Source of the DNA: Octopus bimaculoides
Taxonomy: Eukaryota
Assembly: GCF_001194135.2 (NCBI RefSeq)
Contig: NC_068992.1
Location: forward strand, 17,214,323-17,246,348
DNA: 32,026 nt
Direction: 5' to 3'
Positions within the stretch are counted from its first letter, which is position 1, and each line of letters starts with the position of its first letter. The notes under the pieces are model-generated. The model did no database searches and was not told where the DNA came from. It saw only the letters and a list, made by a program, of their open reading frames with translations. The position numbers and the translations under genes are program-made. This document shows positions 21,905 to 32,026 of this stretch, in pieces.

Positions 21905-22725
21905 NNNNNNNNNNNNNNNNNNNNNNNNNNNNNNNNNNNNNNNNNNNNNNNNNNNNNNNNNNNNNNNNNNNNNNNNNNNNNNNNNNNNNNNNNNNNNNNN
22001 NNNNNNNNNNNNNNNNNNNNNNNNNNNNNNNNNNNNNNNNNNNNNNNNNNNNNNNNNNNNNNNNNNNNNNNNNNNNNNNNNNNNNNNNNNNNNNNNNNNN
22101 NNNNNNNNNNNNNNNNNNNNNNNNNNNNNNNNNNNNNNNNNNNNNNNNNNNNNNNNNNNNNNNNNNNNNNNNNNNNNNNNNNNNNNNNNNNNNNNNNNNN
22201 NNNNNNNNNNNNNNNNNNNNNNNNNNNNNNNNNNNNNNNNNNNNNNNNNNNNNNNNNNNNNNNNNNNNNNNNNNNNNNNNNNNNNNNNNNNNNNNNNNNN
22301 NNNNNNNNNNNNNNNNNNNNNNNNNNNNNNNNNNNNNNNNNNNNNNNNNNNNNNNNNNNNNNNNNNNNNNNNNNNNNNNNNNNNNNNNNNNNNNNNNNNN
22401 NNNNNNNNNNNNNNNNNNNNNNNNNNNNNNNNNNNNNNNNNNNNNNNNNNNNNNNNNNNNNNNNNNNNNNNNNNNNNNNNNNNNNNNNNNNNNNNNNNNN
22501 NNNNNNNNNNNNNNNNNNNNNNNNNNNNNNNNNNNNNNNNNNNNNNNNNNNNNNNNNNNNNNNNNNNNNNNNNNNNNNNNNNNNNNNNNNNNNNNNNNNN
22601 NNNNNNNNNNNNNNNNNNNNNNNNNNNNNNNNNNNNNNNNNNNNNNNNNNNNNNNNNNNNNNNNNNNNNNNNNNNNNNNNNNNNNNNNNNNNNNNNNNNN
22701 NNNNNNNNNNNNNNNNNNNNNNNNN

Positions 22726-22790
<65 letters not shown>

Positions 22791-23170
22791 GGCGAATGAA
22801 TCAATGAATGTGTGAATAAATGAATGGATGAAAGTAAGAAAGGAAAGATATATATTGGTTTCAATATATTTCCAGTCGACCACCCTCTCCTCCAGCCGCC
22901 ATCTTTTACGTTGATGGAGAAAATTGTTTTGTTAGGTTGTGTTACCTCTTTTGTCACTGGAGGAAGGTGCAAACCATTTGACTAAGAGTGGAGAGAATTG
23001 GATAGCCTTCGCCTCGCACACACACATACATAAACAGACCCCCACACACACACACACACACAAACACACATTTATACACACTCGTACACATACAGACATA
23101 TATATAAATGTATGCATGCCTATGTATGCGCGCAAACATATATACATACACGTTGTGGGTGGGACTGTGA

Positions 23171-23202
<32 letters not shown>

Positions 23203-23653
23203 AGGAAAAAGAAAATAAAAGAAAAGAGACCAAGCAGGAGGGCAAAGAAGACAGGAAGAGGCGGGAAAATTACAAGAGACGTTAAAATATATATATACTA
23301 GAAAAAAGAATGAGAAGCGGGAAAAATGCATTAAACAAAATGGCTACTGGTGGTTTTCTTTACACATACATACATATACATACATCCATACACATATATA
23401 CATATATATATGTGTGTGTGTGTGTATGTGTGTATATGTGTGTGTGCTTATATATATATAATGTACATATAAAAATACATGTATATATNNNNNNNNNNNN
23501 NNNNNNTATATATATATATATATATCACAACTAAAATCTAAGTACGCTTGACATGTTCTAGCGAACTGTTCCGATTACCCTTGAGTACAACTTAATGTAG
23601 ATTCGACAATCGGTAAAGAATTACACGGCTAACAACAGGATACCAACTAGTCA

Positions 23654-23925
23654 TCGCCACCAGCACCACCAGCACCACCAGCACCACCACCATTACCACC
23701 ACTGCCGTCTAACTTTGTCGAATACCGCCACCACCATAGTCATTCAGACATCGATATTTATCTATCTTTATTTCTACCTATCTCTGTATCTATCTAATAT
23801 TTTCCGCCCATTTTCTGCGGGCTTTTTTCTTAATACCTACGACACAAGTTACCGTCACTGAAACCACTACAATATCTACGGTCTCTCTCACCACCAGGGT
23901 CACCATTGCCAGCACGCCTAGCAAT
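23654..23925. repeat. Degenerate (CACCAG)n/(ACC)n repeats
   Basis: Direct reading. Confidence 0.7.
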
Positions 23926-23976
23926 ATGTATATATATATATGTGTGTGTATGTGTGTATGTATGTATTTATATTTG

Positions 23977-24008
<32 letters not shown>

Positions 24009-24839
24009 GGGGGGAATAGAGAAATAGAGAGAGATAGCGAGGGAAGGATACATTATACAGATAATACACCTATGTTTGTTTGTGTGTGTTTGTGTGTGTT
24101 TGTGTGTGTGTGTGTGTCTGTGTGTGTGTGTGTGTGTGTTTGTCTGTTTGTCTGTCTGTTTGGTTGTATGTATATAATGAAGAGAAATATAGAGTGGAAG
24201 AAAGAGGGTACGATGAATATATATATATATANNNNNNNNNNNNNNNNNNNNNNNNNNNNNNNNNNNNNNNNNNNNNNNNNNNNNNNNNNNNNNNNNNNNN
24301 NNNNNNNNNNNNNNNNNNNNNNNNNNNNNNNNNNNNNNNNNNNNNNNNNNNNNNNNNNNNNNNNNNNNNNNNNNNNNNNNNNNNNNNNNNNNNNNNNNNN
24401 NNNNNNNNNNNNNNNNNNNNNNNNNNNNNNNNNNNNNNNNNNNNNNNNNNNNNNNNNNNNNNNNNNNNNNNNNNNNNNNNNNNNNNNNNNNNNNNNNNNN
24501 NNNNNNNNNNNNNNNNNNNNNNNNNNNNNNNNNNNNNNNNNNNNNNNNNNNNNNNNNNNNNNNNNNNNNNNNNNNNNNNNNNNNNNNNNNNNNNNNNNNN
24601 NNNNNNNNNNNNNNNNNNNNNNNNNNNNNNNNNNNNNNNNNNNNNNNNNNNNNNNNNNNNNNNNNNNNNNNNNNNNNNNNNNNNNNNNNNNNNNNNNNNN
24701 NNNNNNNNNNNNNNNNNNNNNNNNNNNNNNNNNNNNNNNNNNNNNNNNNNNNNNNNNNNNNNNNNNNNNNNNNNNNNNNNNNNNNNNNNNNNNNNNNNNN
24801 NNNNNNNNNNNNNNNNNNNNNNNNNNNNNNNNNNNNNNN

Positions 24840-24890
<51 letters not shown>

Positions 24891-25331
24891 CGCGTGCGTG
24901 TGTGTGTGCGTGCGTGAGCATAAGTATTCATTTTTTTTATATGTACCTACATAAATATACGTCTCTAAAACGTGAGTATTAATGTATATCCGGGTGTATA
25001 TATGAGTATTCATATACGTCTGTGTATGTGTGTATGTATATATTCACATGAGTGTATATGTATATTCATGCGTGTGTATGCATATATGTGTATGTGTGTG
25101 TATATATGTATGTATATATATATGGGAATATGTATTATATTTATATTCATATGTGTGAATGTATGTATATTCGTGTGTGTATGTATGTCATTTCCTATGT
25201 GTATGTTTATATATGTATATTCACGTATGTGCATATGCATATATATTCAAATGTGTACGTGTATATATTAATACGAATATATGCGTCTGCCTGTATATTC
25301 GAATGAGCATGTATGTATATTCATGTGTATA

Positions 25332-25548
25332 CGATGGGGTCCTGAAAAGTACTTGGCTTTAAGTGCATCGCGAAATGCTTGGTTTAGGACCCAACTTCCC
25401 GAATTATTTTAAAGGGCTTAGAAAAACTGAAGGACTGTTGCAATAAGCGTGTAAATCCGAGAGAAGAATATGTTGAATGAAATCATAATTAAGGGATCCT
25501 CCTGTGTTTTCTTTTACCCAAAGACAGGAACTTTTCAGCACAGCCTCG
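25332..25548 (+). mobile_element. Complete mariner-derived MITE (217 bp, internally deleted)
   Basis: TA flanks at 25330-31 and 25549-50. Imperfect TIRs CGATGGGGTCCTGAAAAGTACTTGGCTTT / AAAGACAGGAACTTTTCAGCACAGCCTCG. Internal remnant GLEKLKDCCNKRVNPREEYVE* resembles the mariner C-terminus (GIxKLxxRWxKCVxxxGEYVE). Confidence 0.88.
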
Positions 25549-26229
25549 TATGCCTGTTCAGTTTTATTTCAAGACTTCTTGCTAATAGAGAAAGACCCGG
25601 TTTCTAACCTAGATCCAAGGCTCCTTCATTGGAATTTCAACATCAACAAAGGGTATTTTTGTATGTATGTATGCATGTATGTATGTATGTATGTATGTAT
25701 GTATTATGTATGTACGCATGTATGTATGTATGTATTTATGTATTATGTATGTACGCATGTATGTATGTATGTATGTATGTATGTATGTATGTATGTATAT
25801 GTGCAGATTTGTATGTTTTGTTTTACGTATATATTCTCATGCACGGAGTTGCATACCTAGACATGCTCATATATATTTAAATGATAAACTTCTGGAAAGT
25901 TTTACAGATTTTTACAGTTCCAGTAATGGATTGGCTCTGTAGTCTTCGAATTAACTTTCTCCTTTCTGGTTTTCAGAAGCCTAATTTCTCAAGACTGGTA
26001 TTTAGGCACTGTATGTATGTATGTATGTATGTACGTACGTATGTATGTGTGTATGCATGTATGTATGTGTGTATGCATGTATGTATAATAATAACACTCC
26101 TTAATTTTACAAATAAATGCATGAAATTTTGTCACAATATAAAGGACATAATGGAAATTAATAAGCACAAGTCAACACCACTACATCACATATGAAAAAC
26201 GACATCCCTTAAATGGCAGCCATTTTCGG

Positions 26230-27400
26230 TTTCGCACTCCCGTGCTTTTTTCCTAAGTTCGAATCCTGCCACGTCTTCCAAATAATTTGCACGCAGTTCT
26301 TGACACAATCCTGATTTGGATTTTAAAGTAATTTATTATTTGAACTTTCCACAAAATCTCTAGCTCCTTATTTCCTCGACCAACACATCACTCAATCATT
26401 TGCCTTCAAGTAGCGTTAACTCTTTGCAGACGATTCAAGGAGCCGTGAATCTAATAATTTCCTGAGTGGGCGGGTTCCTTTTCTTGAATCTTGCTTGTCT
26501 TCGACTTGGATTCTCTTTTTGTTTCTGATTTTTTTTAATGTTTTTTTTTTTCGTCTTTAACTTGTTGAACCTTAGAATTTGCCACACTTTCTCACTCTTC
26601 ATTTGCTCTCAGTCAGCAAAACGATGCCTTGTTCTGCTGGAAACGGAATTTCGGTTTCCCAGTCGTCAGCTGTTGGTACTGATTTCTTCTCATTACCCCC
26701 GAACCTGCAGCTAAAAGTTCTCTGTAAACAGTCTCTTTTAAGGCTTGCTATTATCGTTGTTGCCTATGCTACTGTCCGGCCTTTTCTTTCTTCTTCTGCA
26801 TTTCCGGTTCTTCTGAGGAGCAGGCCTTTAAATATCAAAACACGCTGTCACACACTCATAGCAACGATCATTCTGACTTGCACCGTCAGTCGAACAGCTC
26901 TCTTTTCTATCCCTACAATGAGATACGGCTCTCTAATACCTTTTTGATCGTCAGAGGTCATCCATACATACATGTCCCAACAGAATCCACCCAACCACCT
27001 GTTATTTCGTATCATCTCCACACTTGCTGTACACAAAGGTGACAATGACTCGAGGGTCAACATCACAACCAATTTCCTTGACTGCAATGCTTATATTTCA
27101 TCTCGTCAAATAGTTTAGGCTTCACCAAATCCGCCGTTCAACTTGTCACATCTCACTCCTAAAGACTAGGCACTTGCATCCTCACACCCACCTCGTTCGA
27201 TGGAACACATCAGAACACACACTGCCAACGGTTTCTTTATTCAATTACGAGTACATGAAAGCCTACTCTAATTTCATAAAAGCAGAACTCAGCTATCACC
27301 TCCCATTTCGCAGGCAAGGAGGCACTGACATTTGTAACATATTTCTTCCATGTTCCTTTCGTTTATTGTAGCTGATTAGCAATACTTGCAAAACTGCAGG
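26230..27400 (-). pseudogene. Possible decayed retroelement ORF1-like relic
   Basis: Complex, microsatellite-free sequence, purine-rich on the minus strand, with many stops. Cys/His fragments (RVIVTFVYSKCG, LGHVC, DRCYEC) are followed by K/E/R-rich segments. Confidence 0.25.
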
Positions 27401-27886
27401 CATGCTTATAATGCTAATAGAAATATCATTACGTATTTCCTTTTTGTTTCTTTTCATTTGTTAAAGAGCGTAAACTTTATCTGTTACTTGCACAAATTTT
27501 TCTGTATTTGTAATAATTTTCTTAATTTTTTGCTAACTCTGTTATTGTTTTGAAACATTTTTTTATCAAAATTACTGGGAGGGACGTGCCTGTTGAGTTC
27601 ACGTTTGATACTCGTACCTCTTACTGCTACTCTATAAGTGATGGTCATCTTGAATAACTAGTAAAAGAACAATCGCAAAAGGGAAATAAATGTTTAAATG
27701 GTAGAGTTATATGCAACTCAAATAATGAGGTAAACATATAAACGTTTCGAACTTATTTCATTCTCTGTTTTGTCGTCCTCAGAAGGATATAAGGCAAAAT
27801 CGCCTTTGGTTGGGCTTGAATTCAAAACGTAAAGAGATATGACTAAATAATTCAGCCTCTACTACTACGACGACGACGACGACGAC

Positions 27887-27888
<2 letters not shown>

Positions 27889-27950
<62 letters not shown>

Positions 27951-28156
27951 CCATTCTACTATATGTACAAGGCCTGAAAGTTTGGGGAAGGGAGTTAGTC
28001 GATTACATCGACCCCAGTGGTCAACTGGTATTTATGTTATCGATCCCGAAAGGATGAACGGCAAAATCGACCTTGGTGGAATTTGAACTTACAGCGTGAA
28101 GCTGGAAGAAATGCTGCTAATCATTTTGTCCGGCAGCTGTAATGATTCTGCCAGCA
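27889..28156 (-). mobile_element. Family-B SINE with type-2 tail and (ATT)n 3' tail
   Basis: Reverse complement aligns with unit 2 at 8262-8472 (GTTCATCCTTTCGGGATCGATAAC..TACCAGTTGACCACTGGGGTCGATGTAATCGACT...CAGGCCTTGTAC.TATAGTAGAA) and is followed by (ATT)n. Confidence 0.85.
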
Positions 28157-28357
28157 ATATTACATTAATCCAATGAGGGAAGCTCTACATAGTTGATCGA
28201 ACTGTTAGATACAGCAGCCAGAGTTCCCTCAGTTTTACACCCTAACCGTCTAATCGGAAAATTTAAAGAAAGGCGCATTTGGGTTGTGTTAGTCAAGATG
28301 TTCAAAATAGTCGGGATGGTTACGACAGGAATATCTTTTTGATTAGAGTCCTGTTCG

Positions 28358-28421
<64 letters not shown>

Positions 28422-28633
28422 CAGCAGCAGCAGTTTCAATCGTCGTTGTTGTTGCTACCAACACCACCACCACCACCAACAACTACTACTACTACTACTA
28501 CTACTACCGCTGCTGCTGCTGCCACTACTACCACTACTGTCACTATTACTATTCTACCAATTAGTCTTGCATTGCGAGCTAACAATTTAAATTGTGCCTC
28601 ATTTGTCATTGCGAGTTAGACATAATAATAATG

Positions 28634-28685
<52 letters not shown>

Positions 28686-28710
28686 TGATGATGATGATGA
28701 TGATGATGAT
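28358..28710. repeat. Compound trinucleotide microsatellites (GTA, CAC, CTA, AAT, GAT)
   Basis: Direct reading. Confidence 0.9.
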
Positions 28711-29708
28711 AATTAAAAGGACGATACTCGCTTTTGAAACGGCATACTCACCAACCTGTCATGGGGTAGCTTGTTTACCCCTCTTTGCCATGCCTCCCGA
28801 CTGATCCCCTAACTATATTTTCTACTGCTTGATTTATCACTGGGGCCCTTGTTATGTATGACACTTAATTAAAATATGACCCAGTCTGTTCTCCGAAACC
28901 CTAAACTTTAATCCCCCCCCCAAAAAAACCGAGTCACCTCCTCTCCTCCCTTACCTCCATTCNNNNNNNNNNNNNNNNNNNNNNNNNNNNNNNNNNNNNN
29001 NNNNNNNNNNNNNNNNNNNNNNNNNNNNNNNNNNNNNNNNNNNNNNNNNNNNNNNNNNNNNNNNNNNNNNNNNNNNNNNNNNNNNNNNNNNNNNNNNNNN
29101 NNNNNNNNNNNNNNNNNNNNNNNNNNNNNNNNNNNNNNNNNNNNNNNNNNNNNNNNNNNNNNNNNNNNNNNNNNNNNNNNNNNNNNNNNNNNNNNNNNNN
29201 NNNNNNNNNNNNNNNNNNNNNNNNNNNNNNNNNNNNNNNNNNNNNNNNNNNNNNNNNNNNNNNNNNNNNNNNNNNNNNNNNNNNNNNNNNNNNNNNNNNN
29301 NNNNNNNNNNNNNNNNNNNNNNNNNNNNNNNNNNNNNNNNNNNNNNNNNNNNNNNNNNNNNNNNNNNNNNNNNNNNNNNNNNNNNNNNNNNNNNNNNNNN
29401 NNNNNNNNNNNNNNNNNNNNNNNNNNNNNNNNNNNNNNNNNNNNNNNNNNNNNNNNNNNNNNNNNNNNNNNNNNNNNNNNNNNNNNNNNNNNNNNNNNNN
29501 NNNNNNNNNNNNNNNNNNNNNNNNNNNNNNNNNNNNNNNNNNNNNNNNNNNNNNNNNNNNNNNNNNNNNNNNNNNNNNNNNNNNNNNNNNNNNNNNNNNN
29601 NNNNNNNNNNNNNNNNNNNNNNNNNNNNNNNNNNNNNNNNNNNNNNNNNNNNNNNNNNNNNNNNNTATATATATATATACATATATATGTATACATCTAT
29701 ATGCGTGT

Positions 29709-29782
<74 letters not shown>

Positions 29783-30169
29783 CGTCGTGGCACTCCGTCG
29801 GTTACGATGACGAGGCGTTCCAGCTGATTCGATCGACGGAACAACCTCCTCATGAAATTAACGTGTAAGTGGCTGAGCACTCCACAGACACGTGTACCCT
29901 TAACGTAGTTCTCGGGGAGATTCAGCGTGACACAGAGTGTGACAAGGCTGGCCCTTTGAAATACAAGCACAACAGAAACAGGAAGTAAGAGTGAGAGAAA
30001 GTTGTGGTGGACGAGTACAGTAGGGTTCGCCACCATCCCCTGCCGGAGCCTTGTAGAGCTTTAGGTGTTTTCGCTCAATTAACACTCACAACAACTGGTC
30101 TGTGAATCGAAACCGCGATCCTATGACCGCGAGTCCACTGCCCTAACCACTAGGCCATTGCGCTTCCAC
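29783..30169 (-). mobile_element. Full-length tRNA-derived SINE, family A (second copy)
   Basis: Colinear and highly similar to 6486-6873; 3' end abuts (AGAT)n. Confidence 0.92.
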
Positions 30170-30717
30170 ATTGTCTAATAATATGAATATAAATATGCTC
30201 ACACACATGAGGTTTGCTTCTTTTAACTCTCCCTCTCCTCCTCTTTTTCTCTCTCTATATATATATTTCTGTCTATCTGTCTATCTGTTTCTGTGTTCCT
30301 CTGTCCCCACTGTCTGTCTAAATGGCGATGTTTACGTTGCCACCGATCAAAGGGTTGATTAAACATCAATACAACCACAAACCACCACTAACAACACAAC
30401 CATTACCTCTGCTGGCGCCATCACTCTCAGCTCTACCATCACTAGTAACGATACAGCGTGCGCAACCACAACATAAGGAAGAAATAAGTGAAGATAAATA
30501 TTAATTAATGTTGACAAAAGGAAGAAGTTTTGGGGAAAAAAGTAGCCGTAGAGGTTGTGGAAAGTGTTTTTTTTTTTTTTTTGAAAGGATTGTAAACCGT
30601 TGGTGAAATTGNNNNNNNNNNNNNNNNNNNNNNNNNNNNNNNNNNNNNNNNNNNNNNNNNNNNNNNNNNNNNNNNNNNNNNNNNNNNNNNNNNNNNNNNN
30701 NNNNNNNNNNNNNNNNC

Positions 30718-30753
<36 letters not shown>

Positions 30754-31086
30754 ACTCACTTTAGGTATAAACCGCACCCGTTTGTGCAGGTTCGGCATGA
30801 GCGAATAAGATTACACTTTGCCACATCTAACCTTGGGTCAATCCCATCGATTTTGGCAAATGAGTGTTTGCAGGAGGAGAGGATTTAAAAAAAAGAAAAG
30901 AAAAGGAAAAAAAAAATTTCAAAGATAAAAGAAGCTGCATCTGTTTGCGATGGGTGCATGGCTGTAATTTGAGTCGTACGAATTTTGCTATGAAGTCACA
31001 ATGAGGAAACTGACAATCTTGACTTTGCTTAGAATTGAGCAAATGTGTCTGTTGATTCCAGGATATAATTCTTTTATTGTTCTGTT

Positions 31087-31388
31087 TCGGACGGGGCCAA
31101 ATCAGAAGAGTAGGAAGGGTGATCAACCAGTTCAAAGCCAAAGTTGCGCACAACAGCCATTGAAAGCAAGGACTTGTGTCTGGAGCATTCTCCCGATGGA
31201 ATAAGACCCCTTTCGTCAGTTTTTCTGGACGTTTGGTCCCGATAGTCTTTCTCCATTGATGGAGTGGCCCGTTTGGAGATAGTCGATAAAAACGATGACC
31301 TTTGCATCCCAAAAACCTGAGGGTATCGACTTCCCTACAGATGAAACAACCTTGGCCTTCTTTGGAGCAGGTGAGGAAGGCTGTTACC
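31087..31388 (-). pseudogene. Decayed mariner transposase catalytic-domain fragment
   Basis: PAPKKAKVVSSVGK...FWDAKVIVFIDYLQTGHSINGE / KRPEKLTKGVLFHRENAP / HKSLLSMAVVRNFGFELVDHPSYSSDLAPSE. These match the mariner D..DNA..H and HPPYSPDLAPSD motifs, with frameshifts and an internal deletion. Confidence 0.92.
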
Positions 31389-31441
31389 ACTGTATGAATT
31401 GTCACTTTCTTCTCTGGCTTAAGGTGATGAAGCTAACATTC

Positions 31442-31488
<47 letters not shown>

Positions 31489-31645
31489 AATCTATCTATC
31501 TACCTATCTGTCTGTCTGTATGTCCATCTGTCTGCATACATACATATTACGTACATATCTTAATAATTCTAAAACTCTAGAGATGTTTGTATGTAACTGT
31601 AATATCTCAGAAATAGTAAATTTTATCTTTTATATTCATACTTAC

Positions 31646-31769
31646 CTTCGGCAGTGCAATACAATTTTTTGTAATATTTGAATCCTTGTCCACCAAGGGA
31701 AGGTATGTCAGAAGAAAGTAGGCCAGAACCTCCTGGAAAATAACCATAGCGAGGGACATTCCACAGTTG
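31646..31769 (-). CDS. Coding exon of an unidentified gene, 5'-truncated by a gap (QLWNVPRYGYFPGGSGLLSSDIPSLGGQGFKYYKKLYCTAE, phase-1 donor)
   Basis: 41 open codons of protein-like composition end at a consensus donor GAAG|gtaagtatg. The 3' part is repeated at 31962-32026 by assembly duplication. Missed by the ORF track because it has no ATG. Confidence 0.65.
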
Positions 31770-32026
31770 NNNNNNNNNNCTATCTATCTATCTATCTATC
31801 TATCAATCTATCTATCTACCTATCTGTCTGTCTGTATGTCCATCTGTCTGCATACATACATATTACGTACATATCTTAATAATTCTAAAACTCTAGAGAT
31901 GTTTGTATGTAACTGTAATATCTCAGAAATAGTAAATTTTATCTTTTATATTCATACTTACCTTCGGCAGTGCAATACAATTTTTTGTAATATTTGAATC
32001 CTTGTCCACCAAGGGAAGGTATGTCA

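Noticed and set aside
23790-23930. Transmembrane-like peptide with basic tail (LLGVLAMVTLVV...KKKARRK)
   Set aside because: It is the reverse reading of a decayed ACC/ACT trinucleotide repeat with no splice signals.
28752-28810. Consensus donor TTG|gtgagt on the minus strand
   Set aside because: The only open frame needs a purine-rich, implausible acceptor.
31780-32026. Apparent tandem duplication of an exon
   Set aside because: It is an exact repeat of about 31464-31710 across a 10-N gap, so an assembly artefact.

Overview
AT-rich, gap-ridden eukaryotic genomic scaffold with very dense di-, tri- and tetranucleotide microsatellites and tRNA-derived SINEs. The style fits a coleoid cephalopod (Octopus-like) draft assembly; this is an inference. 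No complete protein-coding gene is present, and almost every ORF in the supplied track is a microsatellite or N-gap artefact. Supported content: (i) several SINE copies from at least three modular families that share heads or tails; (ii) decayed DNA-transposon pieces (hATm-like transposase, three mariner pieces including a TA-flanked MITE, a hAT MITE with 8-bp TSD, a possible Transib/RAG1-core-like relic); (iii) three long fold-back structures, one of them a 334-bp near-perfect hairpin; (iv) Penelope-like ends carrying degenerate hammerhead core words; (v) one convincing minus-strand coding exon at the right edge (31646-31769, cut by a gap) plus weaker minus-strand exon candidates, suggesting the window is largely intronic. 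Large N gaps lie at about 10960-11517, 12564-13119, 15817-16009, 21905-22725, 24232-24839, 28963-29665 and 30612-30716. Two 10-N gaps are flanked by artefactual duplications. I found no clearly new biological system; the best leads are listed as findings.
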